A DNA stretch of 64,000 bases from a virus. Its lineage: Duplodnaviria; Caudoviricetes. This document shows, one piece after another, positions 26,702 to 34,239 of the stretch. Location of the stretch: IMG/VR virus record IMGVR_UViG_3300044652_000025, positions 32,001 through 96,000 of that record; one strand, written 5' to 3'. Under the pieces are notes generated by a model. The model was not told where the DNA came from, did not search any database, and saw only the letters and a list, made by a program, of their open reading frames with translations. Both the position numbers and the translations under genes were made by a program. Numbering within the stretch: position 1 is the stretch's first letter; the number at the start of each line of letters is the position of its first letter.

Positions 26702-28719
26702 CGTCTCCTCCGGGCCGGTGACGTCGGCATCCCGGGCCTGCGCCTGCCCTTGCCGAAGCCCGAGAGGGCATCGTGGGTCTCGGTCTGCTGGCCACTGTGG
26801 GGCAGGCCACCCTGGGCGGTCCCTCCCACCGGTAGCTCGGCCAGGGTCTTGCCCAGGAAGGCCGCGATCTCGGTGCCGATGAGTTCGTAGGTGCAGATGG
26901 CCAGGCAGTCACTCACGTCTTTCGTTTGTACCGGTCCTGAGGTGGGGTGGTCAACCTTGTTTGTTCCCGCCTCCTGGAGGAAGGTCAACTCCAGGTCCGC
27001 CAGTTCGTGATACGGAGCATGGACGAGTCCCAATCCCAAGGCCGTTTTAAATGTTTCATACGTCTTCCAGTTCAAAGGACCAGTAGCGTCCCGCTCGTAG
27101 ATGGTAACCCGCTTCGGGTAGTTAGCGCTACGGGCGTGCTTACGGAGACGCTGGATCAAAGCCACAGAGTTCCACTGGTCGAAGGACAATTCGTTCGGCA
27201 TGAAGGCGTCCATGTCGACGATGATGTCGTCGGCGATGGCGTCGTAGTCGATCTCGTGGTTCTCGTAGTCACCCGGCAGCCAGGCGTGGATCTTGTCGAA
27301 GACGACGTGCGGGAGACCGCGGTCGTCGTGCCCGGCGACGTGGGCGATGGCCCAGCCGAAGTTGGCGCCGCTCTTGGACGGGTCGCCGTGGGCTCGGTAG
27401 GTCCGACTCAGGATCCCTTGGTGCTGCATCGTCAGGACGTCGCTCTCGGTCGGCCAGGGCTTCCACATGTCAGCGATCCGGTCCGGCCGGAGGTACGCGT
27501 CCAAGACGCTGGCCCAATGAGCGCGCCGCTCGACGGCGAACGTTTCAGGATTGGCAGCTTCTAACCGCTGCATCTCGGCGTCGAAGGTCTGGACCGCGTT
27601 GCGCAGGGCCGGGAAGAAGATCGGCCGCGACACCTGGGGGACGGCGTCGCGGATGTGGGCCGGGGGTGGGATCACCCGCTCCGGCCGGGCCTCCAGCCGG
27701 TGGTGAGGATCCGCGGTGCGCTCCCAGTCAACGTAGGTGTCCCAGCTTGCCAACTGGGCCATGAAGAGGGCCGGGAAGCTCGGCTTGCCGTCCTCATCGT
27801 GCTGGAGCGCCTTGCTGTAGTTGTCGAAGAACGCCCCCAGCCGCTGCCACGGCGACGACGCCTCCCACAGGAAGCCCCACTGCTGGAACTGGTCGAGGGA
27901 CGGGACGGCCGACTCGTAGACCTCGCTGGCGTCGGCCTTGGCCACGGCCCGGACGACGTGCGCCATCTCATCGAAGAACAACATCGCGCTGGCCGGGCCT
28001 CGGGCGGCCATCGTCGTTGCCTCTCTGGCCTCGATGATGAAGGTGGCCATGTCGGCCTCGGTCCCGATGCCTCGGTCGTGGCGGTCGAGCATCCTGATGA
28101 AGTCGTGCGGGGCGTAGACGGTGAAGCTCTCCCCCAGGACCCGGCTGATGTAGGGAGCGAAGCACGGCGCCCCGACGATGACGTTGTTCAAGTCCTTCCA
28201 CTGATGCGCTCGGGCCTGCTCCCGCTTACCGGCGAAGGCCATGGTGGCGATCTGCTTGTCGCGGTCGATTCCGAAGTGACCTTGCGGGTCTCCGAGCGAC
28301 AGGTAGTTCCACAAGACGTACGACCCGGCCAGGGCACCGAGGTAGCCCTTGCCGCCACGTCGACCGATGGGCAGGACCACCTCTCTGAACCACTTCCGGC
28401 CCTCGGCCTTGTTGATCTCGATCCGCTCGAAAATGTCAACAACGAGACCGTTGTTGCCCTCGCCCCGTTCGTCAGCCGACTCCCGGAACTTCGTCGTCCA
28501 TTCGTCAACGACCTCGTAGTCGTAGTCGGTCAGCAGGTCGTCACGAAGGAAAATCAACTTCAACAATGTGGCTTGCCTCGGGTACAGCGTCCGGCCCAAA
28601 TATGCGTCCGAGAGAATGAACTCAATCGGGTCCGGGACCTGAGCCTCAAATCCCGCGACGAGTTCAAAGACCCGCAGGGGGTCGAGGTCGGGCATGAATC
28701 GTCGGGTCCTGGCGGGCAT
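26698..28719 (-). CDS. terL: terminase large subunit
   Basis: YPRQ, GRRGGKG Walker A, LFFDE Walker B, HGDP / FDQWN / KDVSD RNaseH-type nuclease residues. Confidence 0.88.
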   Translation of the reverse strand: MPARTRRFMPDLDPLRVFELVAGFEAQVPDPIEFILSDAYLGRTLYPRQATLLKLIFLRDDLLTDYDYEVVDEWTTKFRESADERGEGNNGLVVDIFERIEINKAEGRKWFREVVLPIGRRGGKGYLGALAGSYVLWNYLSLGDPQGHFGIDRDKQIATMAFAGKREQARAHQWKDLNNVIVGAPCFAPYISRVLGESFTVYAPHDFIRMLDRHDRGIGTEADMATFIIEAREATTMAARGPASAMLFFDEMAHVVRAVAKADASEVYESAVPSLDQFQQWGFLWEASSPWQRLGAFFDNYSKALQHDEDGKPSFPALFMAQLASWDTYVDWERTADPHHRLEARPERVIPPPAHIRDAVPQVSRPIFFPALRNAVQTFDAEMQRLEAANPETFAVERRAHWASVLDAYLRPDRIADMWKPWPTESDVLTMQHQGILSRTYRAHGDPSKSGANFGWAIAHVAGHDDRGLPHVVFDKIHAWLPGDYENHEIDYDAIADDIIVDMDAFMPNELSFDQWNSVALIQRLRKHARSANYPKRVTIYERDATGPLNWKTYETFKTALGLGLVHAPYHELADLELTFLQEAGTNKVDHPTSGPVQTKDVSDCLAICTYELIGTEIAAFLGKTLAELPVGGTAQGGLPHSGQQTETHDALSGFGKGRRRPGMPTSPARRRR

Positions 28720-28740
28720 CGTTATCCACTCTAAGTGAAA

Positions 28741-28767
28741 CGGTCGAGGGCTTCATACCCTCGACCG
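28741..28767 (-). terminator. intrinsic terminator closing the RAMP-array operon
   Basis: 10-bp perfect stem CGGTCGAGGG/CCCTCGACCG followed by TTTCACTT on minus strand. Confidence 0.85.
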
Positions 28768-28778
28768 CTCCACCCATG

Positions 28779-29333
28779 ACTGCCATGCCGAACTCGAACC
28801 TGACGAGCATCGCCGCGCCAAGCCCCGCCGACCCACGCCTTGACTGCCGAGTCGAGACCAGCCTACGCCCGCCTAACCGCGGCGAACCCAGCCCTGACTG
28901 CCGAGCCATTCCACGTCCAGACACGCCGTGCCATGACTGCCGCGGCACGACCCGCCTCTCCTAGCCTACGCGTGCCTCACCTCTCCGAGGCTGCCGGGCC
29001 AGGCCCAACCATCGCTGGTCAAGCCCAGCCAAGCCGCACCCTGACTGCCTCGCCCTAACGGGCCATGCCTGTCCATGCACCTCCTCAACGGGCCGTACCT
29101 TGCCACTGCTGCCAGGCCAACGCCTGCCGTGATGTACCAAGCCCTGCCGAGACGAGACCGTCCCCTCCACACCGCTACTGCCCTGACCTACCGGGCCTAG
29201 CCTCTACACGCCCGTCCTAGCCATTGCTGGCGAGCCGAGCCGAACCGCTCCATGACCTTGCGCACTTGCCCTGCCATACCAAGACTGCCGAGCCTTGCCG
29301 CGGCCTGCCTAGCCTCACCAAACCGAGGCTGCC
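28779..29333 (-). ncRNA. guide-RNA array 2: 10 units of GGCA+(GGY-like NN)n
   Basis: Delimiter spacings (+ strand order) 64,54,39,54,54,64,69,49,58,44; 5-nt periodicity; no credible ORF. Confidence 0.85.
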
Positions 29334-29337
29334 ATTC

Positions 29338-29364
29338 ACCGGGGCCGGTGGCTCCGACCCCGGT
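29338..29364 (-). other. RNA hairpin between accessory gene and array 2
   Basis: 11-bp stem whose one mismatch is a G-U pair only on the minus-strand transcript. Confidence 0.7.
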
Positions 29365-29370
29365 CGCTGG

Positions 29371-29871
29371 CTAGACCGCCTCGGCCTCTCCGTCGTCGTC
29401 GTCGCGGTCGATGTCATCGAGCGCGGCCCAGACTCCGGCCAGAGCACTGAGGTGCCGGTACCGGCGCCGCAGAGCCTGGAGGGCGACCAACGCATCTTTG
29501 AGCATCTGATTTCTCAGATCCTCGCGGTCGACCACCGTCTGAGTGTTGGTGTAGCCACGGTCACCGTCCTTCCGGACCGAGACGAAGGCGACGATGGGTT
29601 CGTCACTGCCCTCGACCACGATGCGGATGTCTCTGATGATCCGGCGAGCCTGACTCAGCCAATACTGCTCGGCGGCGTGGTTTTTGTCCCACCCACGCCA
29701 GTCGGCCATGTTGTGCAACGGCGAGTTGCGCTTCTTGGCCTCGGCTACCAACGCGTGCGGGGTGCAGACACCGTCGCGGTCCTCGATCTTCTTGATCTCG
29801 CCGTAGACGATGTTGGCGTCGACACCATGGCTCTGCTTCCACGACACGAACGCTGTCGGTTCTCCACTCAT
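29371..29871 (-). CDS. accessory protein of the RAMP-array system, 166 aa
   Basis: AAAGGAGG RBS; TP..LV..A...SPLH...W....AAEQY.L.QARRII motif; sits between the two arrays. Confidence 0.85.
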   Translation of the reverse strand: MSGEPTAFVSWKQSHGVDANIVYGEIKKIEDRDGVCTPHALVAEAKKRNSPLHNMADWRGWDKNHAAEQYWLSQARRIIRDIRIVVEGSDEPIVAFVSVRKDGDRGYTNTQTVVDREDLRNQMLKDALVALQALRRRYRHLSALAGVWAALDDIDRDDDDGEAEAV

Positions 29872-29893
29872 TTTTCAATCACCTCCTTTCGAT

Positions 29894-30929
29894 CCTGCCG
29901 TGACAAGCCAAACCGATCCGGGCCAAGCCCAAACGGGCCTAACCGCGCCAAGCCACGACTGCCGTTACCAACCCGGACCTGCCTGGCCGAACCTGACCGG
30001 GACGAGCCTTGCCTGGACTGGCGAGGCTTGCCGGGCCGTAACACGACTAGACCGGCCTATCCCTGCCCTGACTGCCATGCCTAAACCTGCCCTGGCTTGC
30101 CATGACGACCTAGCCCTACCACTGCTGCCGTGACCAGCCTGGCCGGTCCACGACGCTCCTAGCCGAGCCGTACCTTGCCTCGTCTGCCACGCCCTGCGAA
30201 GCCATCGCTTGCCCATCCTGACCATGGCTGCCGAGCCGGGACCGTCCCAAGCCGGGCACACCTAGCCACTCCATGACTGCCAAACCGGGACCTGCCTGGC
30301 CTGGACACACCTGGCCGAGCCGACCCGCACCTTGCCACTGCTGCCATGACGAACCGCTCCATGCCGTTGCGTGCCGCGACCTGCCAAGCCTTGGCGAGGC
30401 TGCCGAGACCTGACTGGCGACGCCAAGCCGGGCCTGGACATCCCGCGCAACGCCCTGACTCGACTGCCCTGCCAAACCCATCCGGGCCGTGACATGCCAC
30501 CCGAGCCGTGCCTGGGCTGCCGTGCCGCACCTGACCTCGACGGGACCAGACCATCCTGGCCCAGCCAAGCGCAGACCCGCCTCGACTGCCCTACCTCGCC
30601 AAGCCCTGCCTCGGCCCGACCCGGAGATCCAGGCCGAGGCTGGCTGGCCACACCGTGCCTCGACGCTGCGAGACATGCACCGCCTAGCCCATCCTCTACT
30701 GCCATGACCGGCCATGCGTTGCCACGGCGAGCCTTGGCCGGACCGGACCTGACGATCCAAGCCCAACCATGGCTGCCGCTCCACTGCTGCCCTGACAAGC
30801 CTTGGCTCGACGTGCCCCTGCGGGAGTCGCCGGGCCAAGCCACTGCTGCCATGCCGTGACCCGCCATGACATACCGGGGCGCACACCGCCCATACATGAC
30901 CGGGCGAGCCGAGCCATGCCGTGTCTGCC
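29894..30929 (-). ncRNA. guide-RNA array 1: 18 units of GGCA+(GGY-like NN)n
   Basis: Delimiter spacings (+ strand order) 64,59,54,53,59,44,49,64,59,64,53,69,54,59,74,14,59,79. Confidence 0.88.
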
Positions 30930-30954
30930 AAGGGGTCACTTACTGCTCCGGGTC

Positions 30955-31593
30955 CTAGTTGCTGACCTGGAACATTCCGTACGAACCGGACGCCGACTTC
31001 GGCGCCGACGGCCGCCACTCACCAACCCCACCGAGACCGGCGGCGTCGACCAGAGCGAAGACCGACGAGGCGTCGAGCATGTGCGGCAGGTACGTGACCT
31101 TGAGGATGGCCGACCACGGCCAGAAGCCAGCCCGGTAGCGGATGTCAGCGACACCCGACTCCAACCTGACCATGTCCTCACGCATGTGAGGCTCGGCCGA
31201 AATCGCCACCAGGTCGGTCCCCTCCTCGGGGTTGATGAAGAGGGCGGCCTTGGCCTGGACCATGGTCAAGCCGTCGAAGTGCCTCACGGCGCCGACGAGA
31301 GCGGCCTTGAAGGCGGTGGCGGGGATGGCGCAGCGGCCGTCGGGGAGCCGGTAGATGGACGACTCGTAGTCGGCCTGCGGGTCCTTCGGCTCCTTCTTCG
31401 GCTTGGTGCCGCGAGCCATCTGGCTCTCCAACATCATTCTCTTGGCCTTCTCGGACCAGCGGTGGGTGATCAACTCGGAGGTGCCCTCGATCGGGACCTC
31501 GATGGTGACGCGCTCCAGGCGCTTCAGGACGACGGTGGGACCCTCGGTGACGCCAGCGACCTTCCCGGCGCCATTGGTTTTGGTCATTGCCAT
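30955..31593 (-). CDS. Cas7/RAMP-like RNA-binding protein (Vipr-like), 212 aa
   Basis: IEGTSELITH first strand, IPATAFKAAL helix, C-terminal Gly loop GLGGVGEWRP...GSYGMF; ATG 31593 with CAGGAG RBS. Confidence 0.8.
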   Translation of the reverse strand: MAMTKTNGAGKVAGVTEGPTVVLKRLERVTIEVPIEGTSELITHRWSEKAKRMMLESQMARGTKPKKEPKDPQADYESSIYRLPDGRCAIPATAFKAALVGAVRHFDGLTMVQAKAALFINPEEGTDLVAISAEPHMREDMVRLESGVADIRYRAGFWPWSAILKVTYLPHMLDASSVFALVDAAGLGGVGEWRPSAPKSASGSYGMFQVSN

Positions 31594-31633
31594 TGGTTCT
31601 GCTCCTGTAGTCGGAAGTGAACTGTTGCAAGTA

Positions 31634-31661
31634 ACCTTAGCACGTATAACGGGTCCGTCAA
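31634..31661 (-). promoter_or_regulatory. promoter of RAMP-array operon TTGACG-N16-TAAGGT with extended -10 TG
   Basis: 40 nt upstream of start codon; TGCTAAGGT shared with promoter at 37207. Confidence 0.7.
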
Positions 31662-31735
31662 CCGGGGTCCTTCGGACATATGGGCGCGAAAATGCCCCCT
31701 CCACTGGGGAAGGGGGCGAGATCCTGTCTTCTCTG

Positions 31736-32104
31736 CTAGGCGGCGTCAGCGAAGGCGGTGGCCATCGGGGTCCCGGCGTAGGCGGCGTTGGCGTCGTCGG
31801 TGCCGACCGTCACCCGGGGCGGATCGATCCCGCACGGCCACTCGGCGGTGATCCCCCAGGGGCGGCAGTCGCAGCCGCCGCAGCGGTAGTCGCCGTCCTC
31901 CCAGCCGCCGGTGTTGATGAAGTAGTGGGTCTTGCGGTTGGCCTCGATCTCCTCGGCGGTCCCGGGGAACGACATCGGCATGTTGACGGCCACAAGGCTC
32001 CTTTCGAGCGGGGAAGAGAAGGAAACCCCGGGACGCTTCTGATCCGAGCAGGAACGGGCGGCTTGGCCCGCACTTCCCCGGAGCTTCCTTCTCCCCTCCG
32101 ACAC
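31736..32104 (-). CDS. Cys-containing hypothetical protein (true start ~31990)
   Basis: CGGCDC..WPC; AAGGAG RBS. Confidence 0.65.
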   Translation of the reverse strand: MSEGRRKLRGSAGQAARSCSDQKRPGVSFSSPLERSLVAVNMPMSFPGTAEEIEANRKTHYFINTGGWEDGDYRCGGCDCRPWGITAEWPCGIDPPRVTVGTDDANAAYAGTPMATAFADAA

Positions 32105-32106
32105 TT

Positions 32107-32135
32107 GACTTATACCCGCTCAGGGATCTTTGAAA
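32107..32135 (-). promoter_or_regulatory. early promoter family member TTTCAA-N17-TAAGTC
   Basis: Spacer AGATCCCTGAGCGGGTA. Confidence 0.7.
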
Positions 32136-32194
32136 CACGCGTCGGAGCCCTCCCCCGAGGAAGTTGAAGGGGGAGGGCTCCGGGCGCCTGGCGG

Positions 32195-33175
32195 TTACTT
32201 CTTCTTGCGGCTCTTCGGGATCGGGAGCTTCTTGACGTCGCTCCCGGCGATGATCCCGGCGTTGTAGTGCTTGGCCAGGGCGTCGGCGATGGCCCGCGGC
32301 TTGCTGGTGTAGTGCTCCTTCGAGTTGCGGATCGGGTCGGCCAGCGCCGATGGCGGCCACTGCCGGAGCGTCACGATGAGGTGACCCTCGTCGAACAGCG
32401 GGGTCTTGACCAGGCCGCCCTGCTCGTCGACCGACAGCTTGGTGTAGCGCCGGACGAACTCCCCGACGGACTGGAGCGTGAGGTACGCCCAGGCGTCCGG
32501 ATACTGCTGCTGGACCCAGGACTTGTTGATGACCCGGAAGACCGTGGCCAGCCCGTCCTCGCCGATGGTGGCGTACATCTTGCGGAGCGCCTTGACGGCG
32601 GTGATGCCACCGAGACCCACGGTCAGGCCGTTGTCGGAGGCGATCCGGTCGACGGCCACCGCCTCGGGGTCACCGGCCTTGAGGTCGGTCTTGTAGAGGT
32701 CCGTCGGCGAGAAGCTCGTCCGGCCCCGGTGGATGGTGCCGGTCTGGTTGGCCTCGGCACCGACGCTCATACCCTTGTGGACCCAGCAGGGCACCTGCAT
32801 GTCCGGGTTGATGATCTGGGCCACGATGGTCCGGTGCTGGCCCTCGGGCGACCAGAGGCTGGCGTCGGGACGCTCGTTGACGTCGATGGGCTCGAAGGCG
32901 TAGGGGTCGAAGTTCCTGATCAGATCCTTGGCCTTCTTCAGGTTGATTCGCCGCTGGTAGCTCTTGTCGACGTTGATGTCCCCGGCCCGGACGTAGCGGA
33001 GTTCGCCGGTGAGCTTCATCTCCGCCAGTTCCTGGCGGCGCTCCTCGGGGATCTCCTTCTCGTACCAGTCGCGCAGGGCCTTGAGCTTGTCCTCCTCGGA
33101 CAGTTCGGTCCGGGGGCGCCTCGGGGTGGGAGTCTCCTCCTCGTCCGCGAGGTCGAGGTCGTCGTCTTCACTCAT
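32195..33175 (-). CDS. ParB/Srx-like N-terminal domain protein
   Basis: VDKSYQR..., IDVNER, EGQHR motif. Confidence 0.8.
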   Translation of the reverse strand: MSEDDDLDLADEEETPTPRRPRTELSEEDKLKALRDWYEKEIPEERRQELAEMKLTGELRYVRAGDINVDKSYQRRINLKKAKDLIRNFDPYAFEPIDVNERPDASLWSPEGQHRTIVAQIINPDMQVPCWVHKGMSVGAEANQTGTIHRGRTSFSPTDLYKTDLKAGDPEAVAVDRIASDNGLTVGLGGITAVKALRKMYATIGEDGLATVFRVINKSWVQQQYPDAWAYLTLQSVGEFVRRYTKLSVDEQGGLVKTPLFDEGHLIVTLRQWPPSALADPIRNSKEHYTSKPRAIADALAKHYNAGIIAGSDVKKLPIPKSRKKK

Positions 33176-33479
33176 TTTTCTATCCTTTGTTAGCGGTTGC
33201 TCTATCGATCAGATGACGGGTCGTCCCCTGGCGTGGAATCCACCGTCGGTCTGGGGCATCGGATGAACCGGTGCTGCAAAACTTTATACGGCACGCGCCG
33301 CCGCGATTGCAAGCACTACGAGGCTCGTGGCGTTCAAAAATTTTTCTAGGCGTACACCGTAACGATCGTTTGAAGATTGGTGGCGGGGAAACAGCCTCTG
33401 ACCTGCACTTTTAGCAATCTGGATAACCGAGGAGGCCGAGATAATTTTATCTCGGGGCATGTCAGGGCACTCCCAGCGG

Positions 33480-33827
33480 TCAGTGATGGTGGTGATGTGT
33501 CTGTATCGCGGTGGTGTCAGTCGAGATTACACCAGCCTCACCAAGCTCAAGAACATCGTGGGTCGCCTCCCACACGGCCTTGTCCTGGTCGAATTCCCCG
33601 GCCAAGCGGTCGACGATGTCGATGTCGAAGGCGACGACGCCCTCCTGGTCGGTCTCGTAGGCCCGGACGGCCACCTTGAAGCCGATGGCCGCGAACCGGT
33701 CCATCGCCTCCTGGCGAAACCCTTCGAGGTTCACCCCGGCCTGGCCCTGACGTCGGCGCAATATCTCCAGGACTTTTTCGATGCCGATGATCTCGGAGTC
33801 ATGGATCTCGATGAGGGCTTCAGCCAT
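33480..33827 (-). CDS. hypothetical protein, acidic
   Basis: ORF track from MAEALIE. Confidence 0.7.
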   Translation of the reverse strand: MAEALIEIHDSEIIGIEKVLEILRRRQGQAGVNLEGFRQEAMDRFAAIGFKVAVRAYETDQEGVVAFDIDIVDRLAGEFDQDKAVWEATHDVLELGEAGVISTDTTAIQTHHHHH

Positions 33828-33873
33828 AGGTATGATCCTCGCCTTAGATGGGACGAACGATGAGGAGACGATC

Positions 33874-34239
33874 ATGAAGAAGATCTTGGTTGCCGTCGGG
33901 CTCTTCGTCCTGGGGACGGCCCCAGCCTACGGCACGGCGGCGATGTACCACCACGGCCACCGCCACCGCGGCGAGACCCCTCGCTGCTACCGCGACGACA
34001 ACGGCTGCAACGACAACGACGGCACCCAGGGCGGCGGCAACGGGAACAAGGGCCGGGACGGGGACGAGCAGCGGGGCGACAGGAACTGCCACTCGTTCTG
34101 CGGCAACACGATCATCGTCCCGACTCCGTTCGGATCGTCGACGACGACCACGACGCGCCCGAAGGGGGCCGAGGACGAGGAGGCGGATTCGATCGCCTGC
34201 CTCGTCCCGGTCCCCTACCACTGCGACCCCCGCCGCTAG
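33874..34239 (+). CDS. secreted low-complexity protein
   Basis: MKKILVAVGLFVLGTAPAYG signal peptide; GAGGAG RBS. Confidence 0.65.
   Translation: MKKILVAVGLFVLGTAPAYGTAAMYHHGHRHRGETPRCYRDDNGCNDNDGTQGGGNGNKGRDGDEQRGDRNCHSFCGNTIIVPTPFGSSTTTTTRPKGAEDEEADSIACLVPVPYHCDPRR

Noticed and set aside
28903-28941. Short guide unit (GA AT AC CA AC GT AT) matching VITQTVT in the gene at 58640-59029 (12/14 nt)
   Set aside because: Only 7 dinucleotides; a match this good is expected by chance in 64 kb
30469-30644. Units resembling own RecA (LKLGVIS, 14/20 nt) and sigma-r4 protein (LAKLDPKER, 13/20 nt)
   Set aside because: Too many mismatches to be significant as self-targets
28779-30929. Canonical CRISPR array or simple microsatellite
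   Set aside because: No identical 25-45 bp direct repeats with spacers. NN positions are information-rich and unit lengths are constrained to 5n+4, unlike a decaying tandem repeat
28664-31018. Many overlapping ORFs across the arrays (e.g. 30116..31018, 30262..30939, 29965..30261)
   Set aside because: G/R/A/W-rich translations without RBS or codon bias; artefacts of a 5-nt-periodic GC-rich non-coding repeat
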